Assembly: GCA_900317925.1 (NCBI GenBank)
Contig: ONIQ01000001.1
Span: forward strand, 18,300-82,299
From: an uncultured Bacteroidales bacterium
Lineage (GTDB): Bacteria; Bacteroidota; Bacteroidia; Bacteroidales; UBA932
Reading direction: 5' to 3'
Length of the DNA: 64,000 bases
How positions within the stretch are numbered: position 1 is the first letter of the stretch; each line of letters opens with the position of its first letter. A program made the translations under genes and the position numbers. The notes below the pieces were generated by a model. It was not told where the DNA came from. It saw nothing but the letters and a program-made list of their open reading frames with translations, and searched no databases. Of this stretch, positions 47,725 to 57,657 are shown piece by piece.

Positions 47725-48177
47725 CTACACCCGCTTATGCTGCAGGCGGGCAGTGATATCCTTCCGATGGTAATAGAGACGCTGGTTGGTACCAGTTTGA
47801 TTGAGCGGGCCCCTTTCAGGAATGAAAGGGCCTGTTTTTATATAATCAAAGGCCTCATAAAGAGCGTCTTCCACGGTATCCCGTCCGGAGTAGAGCGCCG
47901 TCTCCAGCCCCAGCGAACGGGCATGTCGGGCCAGGCGCAGAAGCGCCTCGGGATCTCTCCCCTCTCCCAGGAACAGGAAACAATTCACCCCGAAATTATC
48001 CTCCACCATGGCCGAAATGGCCGCTTCGGTAAGCTCTTCTCCGATATCCTTGCGCAGGAAGGGAGAGTGGCACCCAACACAAGAACCCTGGCATTGGGTA
48101 ATCTCCACTGCCAGGGATACTTTGTCAGGAATCTCTTCCAGAACCACGGAGGTCAACTCCGGGAGGTACTTGATCAT
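47725..48177 (-). CDS. nrdG: Anaerobic RNR activating enzyme (radical SAM)
   Basis: CQGSCVGC, YSG, IKTGP, TNQRLY; start MIKYL at 48177. Confidence 0.92.
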   Translation of the reverse strand: MIKYLPELTSVVLEEIPDKVSLAVEITQCQGSCVGCHSPFLRKDIGEELTEAAISAMVEDNFGVNCFLFLGEGRDPEALLRLARHARSLGLETALYSGRDTVEDALYEAFDYIKTGPFIPERGPLNQTGTNQRLYYHRKDITARLQHKRV

Positions 48178-48182
48178 GGGAG

Positions 48183-50426
48183 CTACGCCTCCTTGTCCAC
48201 GGTTACGGTTTCCGCCTGCGGAACCTCCACTGCGCTGTCGTGCACATAGTACCGTTTGCCGGCCTCGATCTGGCGGTCTTCGCTGAAGGAAGAGACGCGT
48301 TTGAGGTATCCGATCACCCGCGTGAGGTAATCCAGGTTCTTGCTGCCGCACTTCGGGCATTCGGTCAGCGTATCCTTGCTGATATAACCGCACTTATTGC
48401 AGACTGTGTTCCGGCAGTTAAAGGTGAAGTAGTTCGTCCCGTAATGCGCCGCCGTCTTCAACAGCGTACGATACTGATCCTTGCTCAGGTGCTCGGAGAT
48501 ATTCATATGCAGGGCGGAACCGCCGTCCAGGTGCTTCACGTAATCGTTTCCGTGCAGTTTGAACTTGTCAATCATGGACAGGCTGTCGTCCTCGGGATTG
48601 TAGAAATACGAGGAGTACATGTTATGGCGCGGCGACACGAAGAAACCGTCCTTCTTGTCCCACTTGTAGTTCTTGCCGGAGAGGTTCTCGCCCGGAACGA
48701 ACTCGGTGTTGAACATGGCCTCGGCCGTCTTGTCGGCACGGTTCACCACGTTGATGGTCTCCAGGATCGTGTTCACGAACTCGTTGTACTCGGCATTCGG
48801 GCTGATTTCCAGGCCCAGGAACTCGGCCGCGTCGGTAAGGCCGTTCACGCCGATGGTGAGGTACTGGCGGCGCATGTCGATAAAGCCGGCACGATAGACA
48901 TCCAGCATGTCGGCCTTCAGGAAGTCTTTGATGATCTCGTTGAACGCGATCTGGTATTTATGGACGCGCTCGGTCTCCTCGGTGATGGCCTTGCGGATGC
49001 AGGCATACACGGCTTCCTTGTCGTAGGAACCCTTCACCAGCGGTTTGGCAGACTCCAGCATCGTCCCCTTCTGCTCCATGAAATACTGGCGGACGGCGAT
49101 TTGGATCAAGCGGTTCAGGTTGATGGTCATCACGCTCTTGGAGCCCGTCGAAACGGAGGCCGTTCCCATGGAATACTGGTGCGTGGTATGGTTGTGGTTG
49201 CCATCGGCCTTGTCCAGATCGGTGAGCGAGTTGCGCAGACGGCAGCAGCTGGCCAGCGAGTCGGCGCTGTCGGACAGGTAGCAGAAGAAACTGTGTCCCT
49301 TGGACCACATCTCGGCCGTGAAATCGGCATACTCCTTGTCCACGAAATCATCCTTGCCGTCGGTCAGCAGGGCCATGGTCTCTACCGGGAAGGTCAGGAT
49401 GTAGTGATTGCGTTCCTCATTGAACCACTGCATGAAATGCTTCTGCAGCCAGGAAAGGGTCTCCCACTTGGGAGCTGTTCCGTCCGGGAAGCGGAAATCG
49501 CCGAACACGCCGCGGAAATAGGCCTCGTCGAAGTAGCTGATGTTCCAGAATACGGTCTGATAGCCGCGGTTGCCCGCCGGCATGTTCATGGAGTGCACCA
49601 CCTGCTGGAAGTAGTTGTCGATCACCTTCACCAGCGTACGCTGTTTGATGTTGTTCTCCACCACCGTGTCCAGTTTGTCCAGGTAGTCGTCCCCGTAGTC
49701 CTTGCGGATGAAATAGTCCAGGTACATCAGGAACTCGGGCGTTGCCACGGCACCCATGAACTGGGAAGATACGGAATAAACCAGGTTGATGAACTCGCCA
49801 CAGTAGGATTTCAGGTCGGTCGGTGCGATGGAAACGCCGCCCAGATCCTTCAGGCCGCTCACCAGGAAGGGATACATGGTAATGGCCACACAATACGGAT
49901 AACCCGGCGTGCCGCTCTCGTCATGCTTGTACAGGACATGGTCCTCCAGGTCCTTGATGTACTGGCCCGCCAGCTGGCGTCCGTACAGGGCCTTGATCTT
50001 GTCCCGCATGATGTAGCGGTTCTGCTTGATGTTGTTTTCCTTATACAGTTCCTGGCCCAGCGTCACGATATTCTTGCGCGTGACGTTGGCATTGGAATCG
50101 AACTTGGAGCCCGTGGCAGCGTTGGAGGCAGCGATGTAGTCCTTGATGAAGTCACGTTTCTTGCGGAGGTCCACGCCGGCATCGAATTTTTCGATGTAGG
50201 CCACGGCCACCTTCTTGTTAATCGACATCAGGCTCTCTTCAACCTGACGGCGAATCTCGCGGCTGGTAATCTTGTCGTAGATATACAGGTTCTCGACAAT
50301 CGATACCACAACGGCCTCGGGGCATTCCTGCCCGGTCGATTTGTACGCCTCGCGGATACCATTCATCAATTTAACCTTGTCATACTCCTCATAAGACCCG
50401 TTGGTCTTCCGTACTGAAACATCCAT
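48183..50426 (-). CDS. nrdD: Class III ribonucleoside-triphosphate reductase with ATP cone
   Basis: ATP cone VRKTNG, YCV, SCCRLRN, CNKC..CPKC zinc site, TRVIGY glycyl radical motif. Confidence 0.96.
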   Translation of the reverse strand: MDVSVRKTNGSYEEYDKVKLMNGIREAYKSTGQECPEAVVVSIVENLYIYDKITSREIRRQVEESLMSINKKVAVAYIEKFDAGVDLRKKRDFIKDYIAASNAATGSKFDSNANVTRKNIVTLGQELYKENNIKQNRYIMRDKIKALYGRQLAGQYIKDLEDHVLYKHDESGTPGYPYCVAITMYPFLVSGLKDLGGVSIAPTDLKSYCGEFINLVYSVSSQFMGAVATPEFLMYLDYFIRKDYGDDYLDKLDTVVENNIKQRTLVKVIDNYFQQVVHSMNMPAGNRGYQTVFWNISYFDEAYFRGVFGDFRFPDGTAPKWETLSWLQKHFMQWFNEERNHYILTFPVETMALLTDGKDDFVDKEYADFTAEMWSKGHSFFCYLSDSADSLASCCRLRNSLTDLDKADGNHNHTTHQYSMGTASVSTGSKSVMTINLNRLIQIAVRQYFMEQKGTMLESAKPLVKGSYDKEAVYACIRKAITEETERVHKYQIAFNEIIKDFLKADMLDVYRAGFIDMRRQYLTIGVNGLTDAAEFLGLEISPNAEYNEFVNTILETINVVNRADKTAEAMFNTEFVPGENLSGKNYKWDKKDGFFVSPRHNMYSSYFYNPEDDSLSMIDKFKLHGNDYVKHLDGGSALHMNISEHLSKDQYRTLLKTAAHYGTNYFTFNCRNTVCNKCGYISKDTLTECPKCGSKNLDYLTRVIGYLKRVSSFSEDRQIEAGKRYYVHDSAVEVPQAETVTVDKEA

Positions 50427-50487
50427 CGCTGCAGAAAGTTTTAGATTGTATAATATATAGTAAGTAGTAATCGCATTTTGCGCAGAA

Positions 50488-50495
50488 CAAATTTA
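50488..50495 (-). promoter_or_regulatory. -7 promoter box for nrdDG
   Basis: CAAATTTA = TAAATTTG on minus. Confidence 0.55.
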
Positions 50496-50502
50496 GCAAA
50501 TA

Positions 50503-50535
50503 AAAAAATATGCCCGACAGAATCGGGCATAAAAA
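50503..50535 (-). terminator. Intrinsic terminator of DASS-porin unit
   Basis: TATGCCCGA-CAGAA-TCGGGCATA flanked by A tracts. Confidence 0.8.
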
Positions 50536-50536
50536 G

Positions 50537-50570
50537 TTATCAACAGGTTAAGTAACAATCCTGTTAATAA
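50537..50570. promoter_or_regulatory. Two DnaA-box-like 9-mers in inverted orientation
   Basis: TTATCAACA 50537-50545 and TGTTAATAA 50562-50570. Confidence 0.4.
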
Positions 50571-50575
50571 GTCGG

Positions 50576-51826
50576 TTACCAATTGAATTTGGCCATCACA
50601 AGCACGCGGTGGTTGCTTACCCAGTGCAGGTTGTCGGTGGGAATGCCCTTGGAACCGAACTTGTCGCCGTAACGGCAGCTCGTCAGGTCATACTCGATAC
50701 CGAACTGCATCTTGCCCAGGTTGTAGAGCAAAGTAGGGGTTACGCGGAACATCTGCTCGATGGCCTGGAAACCGTTGCCGCTGAAATAGACCGGTCCGGT
50801 GATGTCCTTATAGGAACCCAGGCTCTTCATATAGCCCACCATTCCCAGCACCTGGAGTTTCTTGCCGTACTGGGCGGAAATGAAGTTCACCGTGCTCGTG
50901 AGCGGCGTGTACTCATGGGAAATTCCGTCGGCCTTGGTACCGCAAACGGCATAGCCGCCATTCAGCTGCATGTGTTCGCCGCCCTGGGCATAGGTACTCT
51001 TGGCCTTGACCTGGAAGCGGCCCTTGGTATACTGCAGGAAAACGAAGGGGTTGAAGGTTGTAAACCACTCATCGTACTTCTTGCCCGTCGTAGCATCGTA
51101 GCCATATTGCGGACGGATGGAAAGCATGCTCGCGCCCACGCGGCCCAGGAAACCGCCGTTCTTGTAGGAAACGCCGGCATAGATCTCAGGAATAGCATGA
51201 CGCTGGTATTTGTTCGTGCTGCCGGCAGGGCCAGCGGAACGGTACTGGAGCTGTTCCAGGATACCGGCCGTAAACGTCAGCTTCTTATTGAAGGTGGCAT
51301 TGAACATGAGCTGGGCACTGCGGTTGAACGGAGAGAACGGGGCGCCCGTCTCCAGGTTGATCATGTTCGGCATATCAGCGGCCAGCGGATGCCAGCTCTG
51401 ACCGATACGCAGGCTCAGGTCGGTATTGCCGTTCTTCCCCAGTTCGTCCCAGAGAAGGTCCACATAGGCCTGACGCATACGAAGGGTACCGGTATTGCCA
51501 TTGCTGTTCAAGCAATAGAAGTCGGCTTCAATTTTACCATTGATCTTGGTAGAGCCCACCTGGTAGCCCAGGATATCCAGGCCCAGACGGGTGGTAATCG
51601 CCTGATAGTTAAAACTCGAAACGGCATTTACATCGTTGCCATTCACCATTTTCTCGTCCAGCGGAACAAAGAAGAACACATCTTCGGCCAGGGACTTGGT
51701 AGCCCGGGTGTCGAAGAAAGCATAATTGCGGATAAAACCGTAGGGTTTGAAATGATAGGGTTTATCCTCGGCAGAGGCCAGCACAAAGGTGCAGGCGGCT
51801 GCAAGAAGGAGTACAATTTTTTTCAT
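50576..51826 (-). CDS. DcaP-like outer-membrane channel
   Basis: Signal peptide; TRLG, KIEADF, LRMRQAY, GQSWHP, terminal KFNW; start MKKIV at 51826. Confidence 0.72.
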   Translation of the reverse strand: MKKIVLLLAAACTFVLASAEDKPYHFKPYGFIRNYAFFDTRATKSLAEDVFFFVPLDEKMVNGNDVNAVSSFNYQAITTRLGLDILGYQVGSTKINGKIEADFYCLNSNGNTGTLRMRQAYVDLLWDELGKNGNTDLSLRIGQSWHPLAADMPNMINLETGAPFSPFNRSAQLMFNATFNKKLTFTAGILEQLQYRSAGPAGSTNKYQRHAIPEIYAGVSYKNGGFLGRVGASMLSIRPQYGYDATTGKKYDEWFTTFNPFVFLQYTKGRFQVKAKSTYAQGGEHMQLNGGYAVCGTKADGISHEYTPLTSTVNFISAQYGKKLQVLGMVGYMKSLGSYKDITGPVYFSGNGFQAIEQMFRVTPTLLYNLGKMQFGIEYDLTSCRYGDKFGSKGIPTDNLHWVSNHRVLVMAKFNW

Positions 51827-51830
51827 ATTC

Positions 51831-53279
51831 TTATGCAAAAGGGAAAATCTTGGTAAGCCAGAAGAAACCGAAAACAAAGCCGACGATACCGATGATAATA
51901 CCCACCTTGGCCATATCCTTGGTCTCCACCAGGCCGGTCGAAGCCGCAATGGCATTCGGCGGCGTAGAAATCGGGAAGAGCATGGCGATGGAAGCGCACA
52001 TGGCAATGAATACGATCATGGCCTTGGAGCCGCCGAGCGCCAGGAACTGGGCATTGTTGGCAGCGGCCGGATCGGCCATACCCTCAGCGACCACGATCAG
52101 GATCGGGATCAGCAAGGCCGCCGTAGCGGAATTGGAAATAAAGTTGGAAAGGAAGTAGCACACCAGACCGGCGACTACCAGCACCAGCACAACGCTCATG
52201 GAGCCGAACGGGATGGCATTGATCAGCACCTTGGCCAGGCCGGTTCCCTGCAGGCAGGTCCCCAGGGCGAAACCGCCCGCCACCAGCCAGAGCACGCTCC
52301 AGTTGATTTCCTTGATATCTTCTTTGGTGAAGATGCCGCAGGCCGTCAGGACGCCCAGCGGAATCAGGGCCACGATATTGGAGTTAATCTTGGTGATGCT
52401 CTCCGTCATCCACAGCAGGATGGTGCCGATGAAAGTGATCCACACCACGGTCGATTTCCAACTCTTTTCTTTCTTGTTCTCGGGGATTTCAAGGACGAGT
52501 TTTTCGGTCTTGAACGGGAAGAAAATCTGCAGGAGCACCCAGGCCACCAGGATCATCACAATCACGTACGGGATCATGTGAACCATCCAGTCCATGAAGG
52601 AAATCTCCGCATTGGCCTCGGAAAGGAAGCGGACAGCCGTCGCATTCGGCGGGGTGCCGATGGGCGTACCGATACCGCCCAGGTTGGCGGCAACCGGGAT
52701 GGACAGCGCCAGGCCGATTTTGCCCTTATCGTCCGCAGGCAGGGTTGCCAGCACCGGGGCCAGGAAAGCCAGCATCATGGCGGCGGTAGCCGTGTTGGAC
52801 ATAAACATGGAGAAGATCGAGATCACGATAAGGAAGCCCAGGAGCACGATTTTCGGCTTGGTACCGAAAACAGACAGCAGGCCTCGGCCCATCGTAACGT
52901 CCAGGCCGTATTTCTCGGCCATGATAGCCAGGACGAATCCGCCCATGAACAGCATCACCACCGGGTCGGCGAAGGAGGCCATGATACTCTTGAAACCTAC
53001 CAGCTGACCGAATTTCGGGTCGCAGAAAAGACCGATACCCTTATCGGAAACAGTGAGCAGGGAAATGACGATAACCAGCAGAGAGGTGGTCCAGTTCGGG
53101 ATAATCTCGAAAATCCACATCAGGGCGGCGAACACGAAGAGTGCAATCACACGCTGCTGAACGACGGTAAGGGCATCAATTCCGAAGAAACTGGTCGGAA
53201 CAGCCCACAGGAAGCCTGTAACGAGCAACACAATCGGCAGCAGGACGCAGAACTTCACATTGAGTTTGTTGTTAGCCAT
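51831..53279 (-). CDS. SLC13/DASS family anion permease
   Basis: SMFMSNTATAAM, GGIGTPIGTPPN, SNSATAA, PISTPPNAI; TATATTTG box at 53326-53333 (-). Confidence 0.93.
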   Translation of the reverse strand: MANNKLNVKFCVLLPIVLLVTGFLWAVPTSFFGIDALTVVQQRVIALFVFAALMWIFEIIPNWTTSLLVIVISLLTVSDKGIGLFCDPKFGQLVGFKSIMASFADPVVMLFMGGFVLAIMAEKYGLDVTMGRGLLSVFGTKPKIVLLGFLIVISIFSMFMSNTATAAMMLAFLAPVLATLPADDKGKIGLALSIPVAANLGGIGTPIGTPPNATAVRFLSEANAEISFMDWMVHMIPYVIVMILVAWVLLQIFFPFKTEKLVLEIPENKKEKSWKSTVVWITFIGTILLWMTESITKINSNIVALIPLGVLTACGIFTKEDIKEINWSVLWLVAGGFALGTCLQGTGLAKVLINAIPFGSMSVVLVLVVAGLVCYFLSNFISNSATAALLIPILIVVAEGMADPAAANNAQFLALGGSKAMIVFIAMCASIAMLFPISTPPNAIAASTGLVETKDMAKVGIIIGIVGFVFGFFWLTKIFPFA

Positions 53280-53361
53280 TTGGGTTGAAACTTTATTTAA
53301 TTTTATTCACTTTCCAAATATCCTGCAAATATAACAATTATTCTTCACAAGGCAAGCATAT

Positions 53362-53394
53362 AAAAAGGGGCCAGCTCCATGAGCCAGCCCCTTT
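53362..53394 (-). terminator. Intrinsic terminator after gdhA
   Basis: AAAGGGGC...GCTC-CAT-GAGC...GCCCCTTT, T tract on minus. Confidence 0.7.
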
Positions 53395-53411
53395 CGTTCG
53401 AATATCCGTTT

Positions 53412-54755
53412 TTAGATAATTCCCTGGGCGAGCATGGCTTCGGCCACTTTCATGAAGCCGGCCACGTTGGCGCCCTTGACATAGTTCACGCTGCCATCGG
53501 CCTGCTTGCCATACTTGACGCAGGACTCGTGGATGGAATGCATGATGGTATGGAGTTTCTCGTCCACTTCCTTGGCCGTCCAACTGATGTGCATTGCGTT
53601 CTGGGTCATCTCCAGACCGGAGGTCGCCACACCACCTGCGTTCACGGCCTTGCCGGGAGCGAAGAGGATACCGGCCTTCTGGAACGCCTCGATAGCGCCA
53701 GGCTGGCAGCCCATGTTGGACACCTCGGCGCAAAGCCACGTACCGTTGGCCAGCAGTTCCTCCGCATCCTCGCGGGAAAGCTCGTTCTGGAAGGCGCACG
53801 GCATGGCGATGTCGCACTTCACGCTCCAGGCCTTCTTGCCCGGGATGAACTGGGCATCCGGGAACTTCTGAGCGAACGGTGCCACCACATCATTGTTGGA
53901 AGCACGAAGCTCCAGCATGTAATCGAGTTTCTCCTGGGTCATGCCATTGGGGTTGTAGATGCAGCCATCAGGACCGGAGATCGCGATGACCTTGGCACCC
54001 AGCTGGGTAGCCTTGGTGGCAGCGCCCCAGGCCACATTGCCGAAACCAGACACGGCCACGGTCTTGCCTGCGATGTCCAGGTCGGCGCTCTTGTTCTTCA
54101 GCATGTGCTGCACAAAATAGACGGCACCGAAGCCCGTCGCTTCGGGACGCACCAGCGAACCGCCGAAAGAAAGGCCCTTGCCCGTCAGCACGCCATGGTG
54201 CTCGCGGCGCAGTTTCTTGTACATTCCGTTCAGGAAGCCGATTTCGCGGCCGCCCACGCCGATATCGCCGGCCGGAACATCCATATCCGGACCGATGTTG
54301 CGCCACAGTTCCAGCATGAAAGCCTGGCAGAAACGCATGATTTCCGCATCGGACTTGCCCTTCGGGTTAAAGTCGGAACCGCCCTTGCCACCGCCCATCG
54401 GGAGCGTGGTCAGGGAATTCTTGAAGGTCTGTTCGAAACCGAGGAACTTCAGGATGGAAGGATTCACGGACGGATGGAAACGCAGACCGCCCTTGTAGGG
54501 ACCGATGGCGTTGTTGAACTGGACACGGTAGCCGGTGTTCACCTGTACCTGTCCTTCATCATCGACCCACGTAACGCGGAAGGTGAAAATACGGTCGGGT
54601 TCGACGATGCGCTCGACGATCTTCGCCGCTTCGAATTCAGGATGTTTGTTATACACGTCCTCAATGGACTCGAGAACCTCCTGTACAGCCTGCAGGTATT
54701 CTTTCTCTGTAGGGTACTTCGCCTGGAGGCGGGCCATAATCTCTTGTGTCTTCAT
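53412..54755 (-). CDS. gdhA: Glutamate dehydrogenase (NADP-specific type)
   Basis: GPYKGGLRFH, GGGKGGSDF, DVPAGDIGVG, RPEATG, GFGNV, NAGGVATS. Confidence 0.97.
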   Translation of the reverse strand: MKTQEIMARLQAKYPTEKEYLQAVQEVLESIEDVYNKHPEFEAAKIVERIVEPDRIFTFRVTWVDDEGQVQVNTGYRVQFNNAIGPYKGGLRFHPSVNPSILKFLGFEQTFKNSLTTLPMGGGKGGSDFNPKGKSDAEIMRFCQAFMLELWRNIGPDMDVPAGDIGVGGREIGFLNGMYKKLRREHHGVLTGKGLSFGGSLVRPEATGFGAVYFVQHMLKNKSADLDIAGKTVAVSGFGNVAWGAATKATQLGAKVIAISGPDGCIYNPNGMTQEKLDYMLELRASNNDVVAPFAQKFPDAQFIPGKKAWSVKCDIAMPCAFQNELSREDAEELLANGTWLCAEVSNMGCQPGAIEAFQKAGILFAPGKAVNAGGVATSGLEMTQNAMHISWTAKEVDEKLHTIMHSIHESCVKYGKQADGSVNYVKGANVAGFMKVAEAMLAQGII

Positions 54756-54773
54756 TTGATATGTGGTTTACAA

Positions 54774-55793
54774 TTATTTAACTTCCCAGGTGGCGCCGCT
54801 GCGAAGCAGGTCGTCCACACAATGGATGGTTGATTTTTGCATCACGTCTTTAACCTGGTCGCGGACACCATCGTCATAGGTAATGTCTTTCACGTCGCGG
54901 ATGACACCCAACGCCACCGGATAATCCGGTCCCTTCATGTCCGCGAGGGCCATGTGGATGCCAATATTGTCTGTGTGGGCATCGTGAACCAGGATATCAT
55001 CCTCGGTGAAACCGCCTTCGCCGATGTGGACGGCGCGGATCTTCCGGCCGTCATAAATCAGGCCCCGATCATGGTCTTTGCCGAAAATCATCTTCTCTCC
55101 ATGACGGAGCACGATGGTATGGTCGGCCTTGACCGCGGGATCCGACAGCGTCTTGTGCGCGCCATCATTGAAAATCACACAGTTGGTGAGCATCTCCATC
55201 ACGGAACAGCCATCGTGCAAAGCGGCTGCGGTCATGATTTCCTCGTTCAGCTTCAGTTCCACATCCAGGCTGCGGGCAAAGAAGGTTCCCTTGGCGCCCA
55301 GCACCAGGCTACCCGGATTGAACGGGTGCTCCACCGTGCCGTAGGGCGAGGTCTTGGTAATGGCGCCGAACTTGGAAGTAGGCGAATACTGTCCCTTCGT
55401 AAGACCGTAAATCTGGTTATGGAACAGGATGATGTTGATGTCGATGTTGCGCCGGATGGCGTGAATGAAGTGGTTGCCGCCGATGGCAAGGGCATCGCCA
55501 TCGCCGCAGGCCTGCCATACGGTCAGCCAGGGATTGGCCACCTTGATGCCGGTCGATATGGCCGTTGCACGGCCGTGGATACTGTGGAATCCATAGGTAT
55601 CCATATAATAAGGAAGACGGGAGGAACATCCGATGCCGGACACCACCACGTAGCGTTCCTTCTCGTAGTTCAAGGCGGAACTCACCTTCGGGAGAGCGCG
55701 CTGCAAAGCAGCCAGCACGGCATGGTCCCCGCATCCGGGGCACCAGCGGACTTCCTGGTCCGACTTAAAATCCTTGAAAGATAATGTTGCCAT
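54774..55793 (-). CDS. korB: 2-oxoacid:ferredoxin oxidoreductase beta subunit
   Basis: WCPGCGD, SGIGCSSR, HGR, GDGD, YGLTKGQYSPT; start MATLS at 55793. Confidence 0.93.
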   Translation of the reverse strand: MATLSFKDFKSDQEVRWCPGCGDHAVLAALQRALPKVSSALNYEKERYVVVSGIGCSSRLPYYMDTYGFHSIHGRATAISTGIKVANPWLTVWQACGDGDALAIGGNHFIHAIRRNIDINIILFHNQIYGLTKGQYSPTSKFGAITKTSPYGTVEHPFNPGSLVLGAKGTFFARSLDVELKLNEEIMTAAALHDGCSVMEMLTNCVIFNDGAHKTLSDPAVKADHTIVLRHGEKMIFGKDHDRGLIYDGRKIRAVHIGEGGFTEDDILVHDAHTDNIGIHMALADMKGPDYPVALGVIRDVKDITYDDGVRDQVKDVMQKSTIHCVDDLLRSGATWEVK

Positions 55794-55794
55794 G

Positions 55795-57636
55795 TTACAA
55801 AGCCTCCTTAATTGCATCCACCAGCTCGCTCACGAGGAAGGGCTGGCCCTGCACCTTGCCGAATTTCACGATATTGACCTGCGGGAACAGACCGTGCAGG
55901 TAATTGGCGAAATGGCCGTTGTTGAGTTCACAAACCAAAACTTTCTGGAATCCGGACAGCACTTTCTCCGTATTGCGGGGCACCGGATAAATATAGTCGA
56001 AATGCACGCGGGAAATGTCCAGTCCCTCCTCCCGGGCAGCACTGACGGCGCTGAGGATATGCCCGAAGGTACCGCCCCAGCCCACGACCAGCAATTTACC
56101 GGAAGCAGGACCGTCCACTTCCAACTGCGGGATATAATCCGCAATCTTCTGCACCTTTGCCTCGCGCTCGGCCACCATGAGGGCATGGTTGGCCGGATCA
56201 GACGACAACACGCCGTTATGATTCTTCTCCAGACCGCCTACGCGATGTTCAAAACCTTTCTGGCCGGGAATCGCCCACCTGCGGACCAGGGTCTGCGGAT
56301 CACGCTCGAAAGGATGGAACTTGCCGTCCTCAGGCAGGCTCGTCGCAAACGGCGGTTTGATGGCCGGATAGCTGGACATGGAAGGGATCTTCCACGGTTC
56401 GCTGCCATTGCCCAGGAAGCCCTCGGAAAGCAGCATGACCGGGGTCATGTGTTCCAGGGCGATCTTCGAGGCCTGGAAGGCCATCTCGAAGCAATGGGCC
56501 GGGGAATGCGGGGCCACCACGGGGATGGGGCACTCACCATTGCGGCCATAGAGCGCCTGGTTCAGGTCTGTCTGCTCCGTCTTGGTAGGGATACCGGTGG
56601 AAGGGCCGGCGCGCTGAACATCCACCACCACAAGCGGGAGTTCGGCCATGACGGCCAGACCCAGGGCTTCGGATTTCAGGGAAAGGCCAGGACCGGAAGT
56701 CGTGGTCACCGCCAGGTCGCCGGCATAGGCGGCTCCAATGGCGGTACAGATACCGGCAATCTCGTCCTCTGCCTGCAAGGTCTTGGCGCCCAGGCTCTTG
56801 TGCAGGGCGAGTTCCTCCAGGATAGCGGTAGCCGGCGTAATGGGATAGGAACCGCAGAACAGCGGCAGGCCACTCTTCTCGGAGGCTGCCAGCAGGCCCC
56901 AGGCCACGGCCTGGTTACCGGTGATGTTGCGATAGAGGCCTTTTTCGTGATGCGTCTGTTCTATATGATACGTATCCGGAATCATCTGCAGGTTGGCCGC
57001 ATAGTTGAAACCGTCCTTCAGCACCTTCTTGTTGGGTTCCACCATCTCCGGATGCTTCTTGCCGAACTTCCCTTCCACATACTGGAAGATATAGTCCAGC
57101 GGACGGTCGAAGATGAAGCAAGCCATGCCCAGGGTGAACATGTTCTTGCATTTATGGACGGTCTTGGTATCCAGTCCGCTTTCTTTCAGGCTCTCTTCCG
57201 TAAGTGTGGTCACGGGCGAAACAATCAGCACCCGGTCGTCCACGCCCAGTTCTACGAAGGGATTCTCCTCCTTGAAACCCGCCTTGCGCAGACCTGCCTC
57301 ATCGAAGGCATCCTCATCTACCAGGATCATCGCGGTACGCTTGCACCATTTGGCATTGGCCATCAGGGCGGCGGGATTCATTGCAATCAGCATGTCGCAG
57401 AAATCGCCGGGGGTCGAGACATCCTCGCTTCCGATATGGACCTGGAAGCCCGACACGCCCGCCACGGTGCCTTTCGGCGCACGGATCTCGGCCGGATAGT
57501 CCGGGAAGGTAGAGAGTCCGTTGCCATAGATGGCGGACATATTAGCGAAAAGAGATCCGGTGAGCTGCATGCCATCACCGGAATCTCCTGCGAACCTGAT
57601 TACAACATCTTTCGTGTCAATTACTTTATGTTGCAT
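55795..57636 (-). CDS. korA: 2-oxoacid:acceptor oxidoreductase alpha subunit (gamma-alpha fusion)
   Basis: GDSGDGMQ, PAEIR, YPITPA, QAEDEIA, QRAGPSTG.PT. Confidence 0.93.
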   Translation of the reverse strand: MQHKVIDTKDVVIRFAGDSGDGMQLTGSLFANMSAIYGNGLSTFPDYPAEIRAPKGTVAGVSGFQVHIGSEDVSTPGDFCDMLIAMNPAALMANAKWCKRTAMILVDEDAFDEAGLRKAGFKEENPFVELGVDDRVLIVSPVTTLTEESLKESGLDTKTVHKCKNMFTLGMACFIFDRPLDYIFQYVEGKFGKKHPEMVEPNKKVLKDGFNYAANLQMIPDTYHIEQTHHEKGLYRNITGNQAVAWGLLAASEKSGLPLFCGSYPITPATAILEELALHKSLGAKTLQAEDEIAGICTAIGAAYAGDLAVTTTSGPGLSLKSEALGLAVMAELPLVVVDVQRAGPSTGIPTKTEQTDLNQALYGRNGECPIPVVAPHSPAHCFEMAFQASKIALEHMTPVMLLSEGFLGNGSEPWKIPSMSSYPAIKPPFATSLPEDGKFHPFERDPQTLVRRWAIPGQKGFEHRVGGLEKNHNGVLSSDPANHALMVAEREAKVQKIADYIPQLEVDGPASGKLLVVGWGGTFGHILSAVSAAREEGLDISRVHFDYIYPVPRNTEKVLSGFQKVLVCELNNGHFANYLHGLFPQVNIVKFGKVQGQPFLVSELVDAIKEAL

Positions 57637-57657
57637 CTTGTGGTATGTAGTTATCGC

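Noticed and set aside
50446-50463. NrdR-box-like TATAATATATAGTA upstream of nrdD
   Set aside because: Single imperfect copy in AT-rich DNA, and I recall NrdR being generally absent in Bacteroidetes; cannot support.
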